The notes below the pieces were generated by a model. The model was not told the origin of the DNA. It saw only the letters and a list, made by a program, of their open reading frames with translations, and ran no database searches. Below are positions 17,400 through 33,200 of a stretch of 64,000 bases of DNA, one piece after another; within the stretch, counting starts at the first letter, position 1, and each line of letters begins with the position of its first letter. The DNA is from Eledone cirrhosa (Eukaryota). The position numbers and the translations under genes were made by a program. Location: NCBI GenBank assembly GCA_964016885.1, contig OZ024745.1, positions 930,001 through 994,000 on the forward strand, written 5' to 3'.

Positions 17400-20300
17400 G
17401 GTATTACAACATACAGGGATACAGTGTACCTATTCTAAACTAGATATACATGGTAGTATGACATACAGGATTACAGTGTACCTATTCTAAACTAGATATA
17501 CATGGTAGTATGACATACAGGATTACAGTGTACCTATTCTAAACTAGATATACATGGTATTACAACATACAGGGATACAGTGTACCTATTCTAAACTAGA
17601 TATACATGGTCTTATGACATACAGGGATACAGTGTACCTATTCTAAACTAGATATACATGGTATTACAACATACAGGGATACAGTGTACCTATTCTAAAC
17701 TAGATATACATGGTATTACAACATACAGGGATACAGTGTACCTATTCTAAACTAGATATACATGGTATTACAACATACAGGGATACAGTGTACCTATTCT
17801 AAACTAGATATACATGGTATTATGACATACAGGGATACAGCGTACCTATTCTAAACTAGATATACATGGTCTTACAACATACAGGGATACAGTGTACCTA
17901 TTCTAAACTAGATATACATTGTATTATGACATACAGGGATACAGTGTACCTATTCTAAACTAGATATACATGGTCTTGACATACAGGGATACAGTGTACC
18001 TATTCTAAACTAGATATACATGGTATTACAACATACAGGGATACAGTGTACCTATTCTAAACTAGATATATATGGTATTACAACATACAGAGATACAGTG
18101 TACCTATTCTAAACTAGATATATATGGTCTTACAACATACAGGGATACAGTGTACCTATTCTAAACTAGATATATATGATATTACAACATACAGGGATAC
18201 AGTGTACCTATTCTAAACTAGATATACATGGTATTACAACATACAGGGATACAGTGTACCTATTCTAAACTAGATATACATGGTATTATGACATACAGGG
18301 ATACAGTGTACCTATTCTAAACTAGATATACATGGTCTTACAACATACAGGGATACAGTGTACCTATTCTAAACTAGATATATATGGTCTTATGACATAC
18401 AGGGATACAGTGTACCTATTCTAAACTAGATATATATGGTCTTACAACATACAGGGATGCAGTGTACCTATTCTAAACTAGATATATATGGTATTACATC
18501 ATACAGGGATACAGTGTACCTATTCTAAACTAGATATATATGGTATTACAACATACAGGGATACAGTGTACCTATTCTAATCTAGATATATATGGTATTA
18601 CAACATACAGGGATACAGTGTACCTATTCTAAACTAGATATATATGGTATTACAACATACAGGGATACAGTGTACCTATTCTAAACTAGATATATATGGT
18701 ATTACAACATACAGGGATACAGTGTACCTATTCTAAACTAGATATATATGGTATTACAACATACAGGGATACAGTATACCTATTCTAAACTAGATATATA
18801 TGGTATTACAACATACAGGTATACATTGTACCTATTCTAAACTAGGTATATATGGTATTACAACATACAGGGATACAGTGTAACTATTCTAAACTAGATA
18901 TACATGGTATTACAACATACAGGGATACAGTGTACCTATTTTAAACTAGATATACATGGTAGTATGACATACAGGGATACAGCGTACCTATTCTAAACTA
19001 GATATACATGGTATTATGACATACAGGGATACAGTGTACCTATTCTAAACTAGATATACATGGTTTTATGACATACAGGGATACAGTGTACCTATTCTAA
19101 ACTAGATATACATGGTCTTACAACATACAGGGATACAGTGTACCTATTCTAAACTAGATATACATGGTATTATGACATACAGGGATACAGTGTACCTATT
19201 CTAAACTAGATATAGATGGTCTTATGACATACAGGGATACAGTGTACCTATTCTAAACTAGATATACATGGTCTTACAACATACAGGGATACAGTGTACC
19301 TATTCTAAACTAAATATATATGGTATTATGACATACAGGGATACAGTGTACCTATTCTAAACTAGATATACATGGTATTACAACATACAGGGATACAGTG
19401 TACCTATTCTAAACTAGATATATATGGTATTACAACATACAGAGATACAGTGTACCTATAATAAAATAGATATACATGGTATTATGACATACAGGGATAC
19501 AGTGTACCTATTCTAAATTTGATATACATGGTATTACAACATACAGAGATACAGTGTACCTATTCTAAACTAGATATACATGGTATTACAACATACAGGG
19601 ATACAGTGTACCTATTCTAAACTAGATATATATGGTCTTACATCATACAGGGATACAGTGTACCTATTGTAAACTAGATATATATGGTATTACAACATAC
19701 AGGGACACAGTGTACCTATTCTAAACTAGATATACATGGTATTACAACATACAGGGATACAGTGTACCTATTCTAAACTAGATATATATGGTCTTACATC
19801 ATACAGGGATACAGTGTACCTATTGTAAACTAGATATATATGGTATTACAACATACAGGGATACAGTGTACCTATTCTAAACTAGATATACATGGTATTA
19901 ACACATACAGGGATACAGTGTATCTATTCTAAACTAGATATATATGGTATTACAACATACAGGGATACAGTGTACCTATTCTAAACTAGATATATATGGT
20001 ATTACAACATACAGGGATACAGTGTACCTATTCTAAACTAGATATATCTGGTATTACAACATACAGGGATACAGTGTACCTATTCTAAGCTAGATATACA
20101 TGGTATTACAACATACAGGGATACAGTGTACCTATTCTAATCTAGATATATATGGTATTACAACATACAGGGATACAGTGTACCTATTCTAAACTAGATA
20201 TATATAGTATTACAACATACAGGGATACAGTGTACCTATTCTAAACTAGATATATATGGTATTACAACATACAGGTATACATTGTACCTATTCTAAACTA

Positions 20301-23300
20301 GGTATATATGGTATTACAACATACAGGGATACAGTGTAACTATTCTAAACTAGATATACATGGTATTACAACATACAGGGATACAGTGTACCTATTTTAA
20401 ACTAGATATACATGGTAGTATGACATACAGGGATACAGCGTACCTATTCTAAACTAGATATACATGGTCTTACAACATACAGGGATACAGTGTACCTATT
20501 CTAAACTAGATATACATGGTATTATGACATACAGGGATACAGTGTACCTATTCTAAACTAGATATACATGGTCTTATGACGTACAGGGATACAGTGTACC
20601 TATTCTAAACTAGATATACATGGTCTTACAACATACAGGGATACAGTGTACCTATTCTAAACTAAATATATATGGTATTATGACATACAGGGATACAGTG
20701 TACCTATTCTAAACTAGATATACATGGTATTACAACATACAGGGATACAGTGTACCTATTCTAAACTAGATATATATGGTATTACAACATACAAAGATAC
20801 AGTGTACCTATAATAAAATAGATATACATGGTATTATGACATACAGGGATACAGTGTACCTATTCTAAATTTGATATACATGGTATTACAACATACAGGG
20901 ATACAGTGTACCTATTCTAAACTAGATATACATGGTAGTATGACATACAGGATTACAGTGTACCTATTCTAAACTAGATATACATGGTAGTATGACATAC
21001 AGGATTACAGTGTACCTATTCTAAACTAGATATACATGGTATTACAACATACAGGGATACAGTGTACCTATTCTAAACTAGATATACATGGTCTTATGAC
21101 ATACAGGGATACAGTGTACCTATTCTAAACTAGATATACATGGTATTACAAGATACAGGGATACAGTGTACCTATTCTAAACTAGATATACATGGTATTA
21201 CAACATACAGGGATACAGTGTACCTATTCTAAACTAGATATACATGGTATTACAACATACAGGGATACAGTGTACCTATTCTAAACTAGATATACATGGT
21301 ATTATGACATACAGGGATACAGCGTACCTATTCTAAACTAGATATACATGGTCTTACAACATACAGGGATACAGTGTACCTATTCTAAACTAGATATACA
21401 TGGTATTATGACATACAGGGATACAGTGTACCTATTCTAAACTAGATATACATGGTCTTGACATACAGGGATACAGTGTACCTATTCTAAACTAGATATA
21501 CATGGTATTACAACATACAGGGATACAGTGTACCTATTCTAAACTAGATATATATGGTATTACAACATACAGAGATACAGTGTACCTATTCTAAACTAGA
21601 TATATATGGTCTTACAACATACAGGGATACAGTGTACCTATTCTAAACTAGATATATATGATATTACAACATACAGGGATACAGTGTACCTATTCTAAAC
21701 TAGATATACATGGTATTACAACATACAGGGATACAGTGTACCTATTCTAAACTAGATATACATGGTATTATGACATACAGGGATACAGTGTACCTATTCT
21801 AAACTAGATATACATGGTCTTACAACATACAGGGATACAGTGTACCTATTCTAAACTAGATATATATGGTCTTATGACATACAGGGATACAGTGTACCTA
21901 TTCTAAACTAGATATATATGGTCTTACAACATACAGGGATGCAGTGTACCTATTCTAAACTAGATATATATGGTATTACATCATACAGGGATACAGTGTA
22001 CCTATTCTAAACTAGATATATATGGTATTACAACATACAGGGATACAGTGTACCTATTCTAATCTAGATATATATGGTATTACAACATACAGGGATACAG
22101 TGTACCTATTCTAAACTAGATATATATGGTATTACAACATACAGGGATACAGTGTACCTATTCTAAACTAGATATATATGGTATTACAACATACAGGGAT
22201 ACAGTGTACCTATTCTAAACTAGATATATATGGTATTACAACATACAGGGATACAGTATACCTATTCTAAACTAGATATATATGGTATTACAACATACAG
22301 GTATACATTGTACCTATTCTAAACTAGGTATATATGGTATTACAACATACAGGGATACAGTGTAACTATTCTAAACTAGATATACATGGTATTACAACAT
22401 ACAGGGATACAGTGTACCTATTTTAAACTAGATATACATGGTAGTATGACATACAGGGATACAGCGTACCTATTCTAAACTAGATATACATGGTATTATG
22501 ACATACAGGGATACAGTGTACCTATTCTAAACTAGATATACATGGTTTTATGACATACAGGGATACAGTGTACCTATTCTAAACTAGATATACATGGTCT
22601 TACAACATACAGGGATACAGTGTACCTATTCTAAACTAGATATACATGGTATTATGACATACAGGGATACAGTGTACCTATTCTAAACTAGATATAGATG
22701 GTCTTATGACATACAGGGATACAGTGTACCTATTCTAAACTAGATATACATGGTCTTACAACATACAGGGATACAGTGTACCTATTCTAAACTAAATATA
22801 TATGGTATTATGACATACAGGGATACAGTGTACCTATTCTAAACTAGATATACATGGTATTACAACATACAGGGATACAGTGTACCTATTCTAAACTAGA
22901 TATATATGGTATTACAACATACAGAGATACAGTGTACCTATAATAAAATAGATATACATGGTATTATGACATACAGGGATACAGTGTACCTATTCTAAAT
23001 TTGATATACATGGTATTACAACATACAGAGATACAGTGTACCTATTCTAAACTAGATATACATGGTATTACAACATACAGGGATACAGTGTACCTATTCT
23101 AAACTAGATATATATGGTCTTACATCATACAGGGATACAGTGTACCTATTGTAAACTAGATATATATGGTATTACAACATACAGGGACACAGTGTACCTA
23201 TTCTAAACTAGATATACATGGTATTACAACATACAGGGATACAGTGTACCTATTCTAAACTAGATATATATGGTCTTACATCATACAGGGATACAGTGTA

Positions 23301-24380
23301 CCTATTGTAAACTAGATATATATGGTATTACAACATACAGGGATACAGTGTACCTATTCTAAACTAGATATACATGGTATTAACACATACAGGGATACAG
23401 TGTATCTATTCTAAACTAGATATATATGGTATTACAACATACAGGGATACAGTGTACCTATTCTAAACTAGATATATATGGTATTACAACATACAGGGAT
23501 ACAGTGTACCTATTCTAAACTAGATATATCTGGTATTACAACATACAGGGATACAGTGTACCTATTCTAAGCTAGATATACATGGTATTACAACATACAG
23601 GGATACAGTGTACCTATTCTAATCTAGATATATATGGTATTACAACATACAGGGATACAGTGTACCTATTCTAAACTAGATATATATAGTATTACAACAT
23701 ACAGGGATACAGTGTACCTATTCTAAACTAGATATATATGGTATTACAACATACAGGTATACATTGTACCTATTCTAAACTAGGTATATATGGTATTACA
23801 ACATACAGGGATACAGTGTAACTATTCTAAACTAGATATACATGGTATTACAACATACAGGGATACAGTGTACCTATTTTAAACTAGATATACATGGTAG
23901 TATGACATACAGGGATACAGCGTACCTATTCTAAACTAGATATACATGGTCTTACAACATACAGGGATACAGTGTACCTATTCTAAACTAGATATACATG
24001 GTATTATGACATACAGGGATACAGTGTACCTATTCTAAACTAGATATACATGGTCTTATGACGTACAGGGATACAGTGTACCTATTCTAAACTAGATATA
24101 CATGGTCTTACAACATACAGGGATACAGTGTACCTATTCTAAACTAAATATATATGGTATTATGACATACAGGGATACAGTGTACCTATTCTAAACTAGA
24201 TATACATGGTATTACAACATACAGGGATACAGTGTACCTATTCTAAACTAGATATATATGGTATTACAACATACAAAGATACAGTGTACCTATAATAAAA
24301 TAGATATACATGGTATTATGACATACAGGGATACAGTGTACCTATTCTAAATTTGATATACATGGTATTACAACATACAG
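17400..24380. repeat. Tandem duplication of a 67-monomer unit (3,482 bp = 67x52-2)
   Basis: GATATATCTG at 20041 vs 23523 and ACAAAGAT at 20791 vs 24273 both give 3482. The 2-bp deletion CTTGAC occurs once per unit, and the other markers are collinear. Confidence 0.9.
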
Positions 24381-27300
24381 AGATACAGTGTACATATTCT
24401 AAACTAGATATACATGGTCTTACATCATCCAGGGATACAGAGTACCTATTGTAAACTAGATATATATGGTATTACAACATACAGGGATACAGTGTACCTA
24501 TTCTAAACTAGATATACATGGTATTAACACATACAGAGATACAGTGTACCTATTCTAAACTAGATATACATGGTATTACATCATACAGGGATACAGTGTA
24601 CCTATTGTAAACTAGATATACATGGTATTACAACATACATGGATACAGTGTACCTATTCTAAACTAGATATATATGGTCTTACAACATACAGGGATACAG
24701 TGTACCTATTCTAAACTAGATATACATGGTATTACATCATACAGGGATACAGTGTACCTATTCTAAACTAGATATATCTGGTATTACAACATACAGGGAT
24801 ACAGTGTACCTATTCTAAACTAGATATACATGGTATTACAACATACAGGGATACAGTGTACCTATTCTAAACTAGATATATATGGTCTTACAACATACAG
24901 GGATACAGTGTACCTATTCTAAACTAGATATACATGGTATTACAACATACATGGATACAGTGTACCTATTCTAAACTAGATATATATGGTATTACAACAT
25001 ACAGGGATACAGTGTACCTATTCTAAACTAGATATACATGGTATTACAACATACAGGGATACAGTGTACCTATTCTAAACTAGATATATATGGTATTACA
25101 ACATACAGGGATACAGTGTACCTATTCTAAACTAGATATACATGGTATTACAACATACAGGGATACAGTGTACCTATTCTAAACTAGGTATATATGGTAT
25201 TACAAAATACAGGGATACAGTGTACCTATTCTAAACTAGGTATACATGGTATTAACACATACAGAGATACAGTGTACCTATTCTAAACTAGATATACATG
25301 GTATTACAACATACAGGGATACAGTGTACCTATTCTAAACTAGATATACATGGTAGTATGACATACAGGATTACAGTGTACCTATTCTAAACTAGGTATA
25401 CATGGTATTACAACATACAGGGATGCAGTGTACCTATTCTAAACTAGATATACATGGTAGTATGACATACAGGATTACAGTGTACCTATTCTAAACTAGA
25501 TATACATGGTATTACAACATACAGGGATACAGTGTACCTATTCTAAACTAGATATACATGGTCTTATGACATACAGGGATACAGTGTACCTATTCTAAAC
25601 TAGATATACATGGTATTACAACATACAGGGATACAGTGTACCTATTCTAAACTAGATATACATGGTATTACAACATACAGGGATACAGTGTACCTATTCT
25701 AAACTAGATATACATGGTATTACAACATACAGGGATACAGTGTACCTATTCTAAACTAGATATACATGGTATTATGACATACAGGGATACAGCGTACCTA
25801 TTCTAAACTAGATATACATGGTCTTACAACATACAGGGATACAGTGTACCTATTCTAAACTAGATATACATGGTATTATGACATACAGGGATACAGTGTA
25901 CCTATTCTAAACTAGATATACATGGTATTATGACATACAGGGATACAGTGTACCTATTCTAAACTAGATATACATGGTATTACAACATACAGGGATACAG
26001 TGTACCTATTCTAAACTAGATATATATGATATTACAACATACAGGGATACAGTGTACCTATTCTAAACTAGGTATACATGGTATTACAACATACAGGGAT
26101 ACAGTGTACCTATTCTAAACTAGATATACATGGTATTATGACATACAGGGATACAGTGTACCTATTCTAAACTAGATATACATGGTCTTACAACATACAG
26201 GGATACAGTGTACCTATTCTAAACTAGATATATATGGTCTTATGACATACAGGGATACAGTGTACCTATTCTAAACTAGATATATATGGTCTTACAACAT
26301 ACAGGGATGCAGTGTACCTATTCTAAACTAGATATATATGGTATTACATCATACAGGGATACAGTGTACCTATTCTAAACTAGATATATATGGTATTACA
26401 ACATACAGGGATACAGTGTACCTATTCTAATCTAGATATATATGGTATTACAACATACAGGGATACAGTGTACCTATTCTAAACTAGATATATATGGTAT
26501 TACAACATGCAGGGATACAGTGTACCTATTCTAAACTAGATATATATGGTATTACAACATACAGGGATACAGTGTACCTATTCTAAACTAGATATATATG
26601 GTATTACAACATACAGGGATACAGTGTACCTATTCTAAACTAGATATATATGGTATTACAACATACAGGGATAGTGTACCTATTCTAAGCTAGATATACA
26701 TGGTATTACAACATACAGGGATACAGTGTACCTATTCTAATCTAGATATATATGGTATTACAACATACAGGGATACAGTGTACCTATTCTAAACTAGATA
26801 TATATGGTATTACAACATACAGGGATACAGTATACCTATTCTAAACTAGATATATATGGTATTACAACATACAGGTATACATTGTACCTATTCTAAACTA
26901 GGTATATATGGTATTACAACATACAGGGATACAGTGTAACTATTCTAAACTAGATATACATGGTATTACAACATACAGGGATACAGTGTACCTATTTTAA
27001 ACTAGATATACATGGTAGTATGACATACAGGGATACAGCGTACCTATTCTAAACTAGATATACATGGTCTTACAACATACAGGGATACAGTGTACCTATT
27101 CTAAACTAGATATACATGGTATTATGACATACAGGGATACAGTGTACCTATTCTAAACTAGATATACATGGTTTTATGACATACAGGGATACAGTGTACC
27201 TATTCTAAACTAGATATACATGGTATTATGACATACAGGGATACAGTGTACCTATTCTAAACTAGATATAGATGGTCTTATGACATACAGGGATACAGTG

Positions 27301-30240
27301 TACCTATTCTAAACTAGATATACATGGTCTTACAACATACAGGGATACAGTGTACCTATTCTAAACTAAATATATATGGTATTACAACATACAGGGATAC
27401 AGTGTACCTATTCTAAACTAGATATATATGGTCTTACATCATACAGGGATACAGTGTACCTATTGTAAACTAGATATATATGGTATTACAACATACAGGG
27501 ATACAGTGTACCTATTCTAAACTAGATATACATGGTATTAACACATACAGAGATACAGTGTACCTATTCTAAACTAGATATACATGGTATTACATCATAC
27601 AGGGATACAGTGTACCTATAATAAAATAGATATACATGGTATTATGACATACAGGGATACAGTGTACCTATTCTAAATTTGATATACATGGTATTACAAC
27701 ATACAGAGATACAGTGTACCTATTCTAAACTAGATATACATGGTATTACAACATACAGGGATACAGTGTACCTATTCTAAACTAGATATGTATGGTCTTA
27801 CATCATACAGGGATACAGTGTACCTATTGTAAACTAGATATATATGGTATTACAACATACAGGGACACAGTGTACCTATTCTAAACTAGATATACATGGT
27901 ATTACAACATACAGGGATACAGTGTACCTATTCTAAACTAGATATATATGGTCTTACATCATACAGGGATACAGTGTACCTATTGTAAACTAGATATATA
28001 TGGTATTACAACATACAGGGATACAGTGTACCTATTCTAAACTAGATATACATGGTATTAACACATACAGAGATACAGTGTACCTATTCTAAACTAGATA
28101 TACATGGTATTACATCATACAGGGATACAGTGTACCTATTGTAAACTAGATATACATGGTATTACAACATACAGGGATACAGTGTACCTATTCTAAACTA
28201 GATATATATATGGTCTTACAACATACAGGGATACAGTGTACCTATTCTAAACTAGATATACATGGTATTACATCATACAGGGATACAGTGTACCTATTCT
28301 AAACTAGATATATATGGTATTACAACATACAGTGTACCTATTTAAAACTAGATATATATGGTATTACAACATACAGGGATACAGTGTACCTATTCTAAAC
28401 TAGATATACATGGTATTACAACATACAGGGATACAGTGTACCTATTCTAAACTAGGTATATATGGTATTACAAAATACAGGGATACAGTGTACCTATTCT
28501 AAACTAGGTATACATGGTATTAACACATACAGAGATACAGTGTACCTATTCTAAACTAGATATACATGGTATTACATCATACAGGGATACAGTGTACCTA
28601 TTCTAAACTAGATATATATGGTATTACAACATACAGGGATAGTGTACCTATTCTAAGCTAGATATACATGGTATAATGACATACAGGAATACAGTGTACC
28701 TATTCTAAACTAGATATACATGGTGTTATGACATACAGGGATACAGTGTCGCTATTCTAAACTAGATATATATGGTATTACAACATACAGGGATACAGTG
28801 TACCTATTCTAAACGAGATATACATGGTATTACAGCATACAGGGATACAATGTATCTATTCTAAACTAGATATACATGGTATTATGACATACAGGGATAC
28901 AGTGTACCTATTCTAAACTAGATATATATGGTATTACAACATACAGGGATACAGTGTACCTATTCTAAACTAGATATACATGGTATTACAACATACAGGG
29001 ATACAGTGTACCTATTCTAAACTAGATATATATGGTCTTACAACATACAGAGATACAATGTACCTATTCTAAACTAGATATACATGGTATTACAACATAC
29101 AGGGATACAGTGTACCTATTCTAATCTAGATATATATGGTATTAAAACATACAGGGATACAGTGTACCTATTCTAAACTAGATATATATGGTATTACAAC
29201 ATACAAGGATACAGTGTACCTATTCTAAACTAGATATATATGGTATTACAACATACAGGGATACAGTGTACCTATTCTAAACTATGTATATATGGTATTA
29301 CAACATACAGGGATACAGTGTACCTATTCTAAACTAGATATACATGGTCTTACAACATACAGGGATACAGTGTACCTATTCTAAACTAGATATACATGGT
29401 ATTATGACATACAGGGATACAGTGTACCTATTCTAAACTAGATATACATGGTCTTATGACGTACAGGGATACAGTGTACCTATTCTAAACTAGATATACA
29501 TGGTCTTACAACATACAGGGATACAGTGTACCTATTCTAAACTAAATATATATGGTATTATGACATACAGGGATACAGTGTACCTATTCTAAACTAGATA
29601 TACATGGTATTACAACATACAGGGATACAGTGTACCTATTCTAAACTAGATATATATGGTATTACAACATACAGAGATACAGTGTACCTATAATAAAATA
29701 GATATACATGGTATTATGACATACAGGGATACAGTGTACCTATTCTAAATTTGATATACATGGTATTACAACATACAGAGATACAGTGTACATATTCTAA
29801 ACTAGATATACATGGTCTTACATCATCCAGGGATACAGAGTACCTATTGTAAACTAGATATATATGGTATTACAACATACAGGGATACAGTGTACCTATT
29901 CTAAACTAGATATACATGGTATTAACACATACAGAGATACAGTGTACCTATTCTAAACTAGATATACATGGTATTACATCATACAGGGATACAGTGTACC
30001 TATTGTAAACTAGATATACATGGTATTACAACATACATGGATACAGTGTACCTATTCTAAACTAGATATATATGGTCTTACAACATACAGGGATACAGTG
30101 TACCTATTCTAAACTAGATATACATGGTATTACATCATACAGGGATACAGTGTACCTATTCTAAACTAGATATATATGGTATTACAACATACAGGGATAC
30201 AGTGTACCTATTCTAAACTAGATATACATGGTATTACAAC

Positions 30241-33200
30241 ATACAGGGATACAGTGTACCTATTCTAAACTAGATATATATGGTATTACAACATACAGTG
30301 TACCTATTTAAAACTAGATATATATGGTATTACAACATACAGGGATGCAGTGTACCTATTCTAAACTAGATATACATGGTATTACAACATACAGGGATAC
30401 AGTGTACCTATTCTAAACTAGGTATATATGGTATTACAAAATACAGGGATACAGTGTACCTATTCTAAACTAGGTATACATGGTATTAACACATACAGAG
30501 ATACAGTGTACCTATTCTAAAATAGATATATATGGTCTTACATCATACAGGGATACAGTGTACCTATTCTAAACTAGATATACATGGTATTACATCATAC
30601 AGGGATACAGTGTACCTATTCTAAACTAGATATATATGGTATTACAACATACAGGGATAGTGTACCTATTCTAAGCTAGATATACATGGTATAATGACAT
30701 ACAGGAATACAGTGTACCTATTCTAAACTAGATATACATGGTGTTATGACATACAGGGATACAGTGTCCCTATTCTAAACTAGATATATATGGTATTACA
30801 ACATACAGGGATACAGTGTACCTATTCTAAACGAGATATACATGGTATTATGACATACAGGGATACAGTGTACCTATTCTAAACTAGATATATATGGTAT
30901 TACAACATACAGGGATACAGTGTACCTATTCTAAACTAGATATACATGGTATTACAACATACAGGGATACAGTGTACCTATTCTAAACTAGATATATATG
31001 GTCTTACAACATACAGAGATACAATGTACCTATTCTAAACTAGATATACATGGTATTACAACATACAGGGATACAGTGTACCTATTCTAATCTAGATATA
31101 TATGGTATTACAACATACAGGGATACAGTGTACCTATTCTAAACTAGATATATATGGTATTACAACATACAGGGATATAGTGTACCTATTCTAAACTAGA
31201 TATATATGGTATTAAAACATACAGGGATACAGTGTACCTATTCTAAACTAGATATATATGGTCTTACAACATACAGGGATACAGTGTACCTATTCTAAAC
31301 TAGATATACATGGTATTACATCATACAGGGATACAGTGTACCTATTCTAAACTAGATATATATGGTATTACAACATACAGGGATACAGTGTACCTATTCT
31401 AAACTAGATATACATGGTATTACAACATACAGGGATACAGTGTACCTATTCCAAACTAGGTATATATGGTATTACAAAATACAGGGATACAGTGTACCTA
31501 TTCTAAACTAGGTATACATGGTATTAACACATACAGAGATACAGTGTACCTATTCTAAACTAGATATATATGGTATTACAACATACAGGGATACAGTGTA
31601 CCTATTCTAAACTAGATATACATGGTATTACAACATACAGGGATACAGTGTACCTCTTCTAAACTAGATATACATGGTATTACAACATACAGGGATACAG
31701 TGTACCTATTCTAAACTAGATATACATGGTATTACAACATACAGGGATACAGTGTACCTATTCTAAACTAGATATACATGGTATTACAACATACAGGGAT
31801 ACAGTGTACCTATTCTAAACTAGATATACATGGTAGTATGACATACAGGATTACAGTGTACCTATTCTAAACTAGATATACATGGTATTACAACATACAG
31901 GGATACAGAGTACCTATTCTAAACTAGATATACATGGTAGTATGACATACAGGATTACAGTGTACCTATTCTAAACTAGATATACATGGTATTACAACAT
32001 ACAGGGATACAGTGTACCTATTCTAATCTAGATATATATGGTATTACAACATACAGGGATACAGTGTACCTATTCTAAACTAGATATATATGGTATTACA
32101 TCATACAGGGATACAGTGTACCTATTCTAAACTAGATATATATGGTATTACAACATACAGGGATAGTGTACCTATTCTAAGCTAGATATACATGGTATAA
32201 TGACATACAGGAATACAGTGTACCTATTCTAAACTAGATATACATGGTGTTATGACATACAGGGATACAGTGTCCCTATTCTAAACTAGATATATATGGT
32301 ATTACAACATACAGGGATACAGTGTACCTATTCTAAACGAGATATACATGGTATTACAGCATACAGGGATACAATGTATCTATTCTAAACTAGATATACA
32401 TGGTATTATGACATACAGGGATACAGTGTACCTATTCTAAACTAGATATATATGGTATTACAACATACAGGGATACAGTGTACCTATTCTAAACTAGATA
32501 TACATGGTATTACAACATACAGGGATACAGTGTACCTATTCTAAACTAGATATATATGGTCTTACAACATACAGAGATACAATGTACCTATTCTAAACTA
32601 GATATACATGGTATTATAACATACAGGGATACAGTGTACCTATTCTAATCTAGATATATATGGTATTACAACATACAGGGATACAGTGTACCTATTCTAA
32701 ACTAGATATATATGGTATTACAACATACAGGGATATAGTGTACCTATTCTAAACTAGATATATATGGTATTACAACATACAGGGATACAGTGTACCTATT
32801 CTAAACTAGATATATATGGTCTTACAACATACAGGGATACAGTGTACCTATTCTAAACTAGATATACATGGTATTACATCATACAGGGATACAGTGTACC
32901 TATTCTAAACTAGATATATATGGTATTACAACATACAGGGATACAGTGTACCTATTCTAAACTAGATATACATGGTATTACAACATACAGGGATACAGTG
33001 TACCTATTCTAAACTAGGTATATATGGTATTACAAAATACAGGGATACAGTGTACCTATTCTAAACTAGGTATACATGGTATTAACACATACAGAGATAC
33101 AGTGTACCTATTCTAAACTAGATATATATGGTATTACAACATACAGGGATACAGTGTACCTATTCTAAACTAGATATACATGGTATTACAACATACAGGG

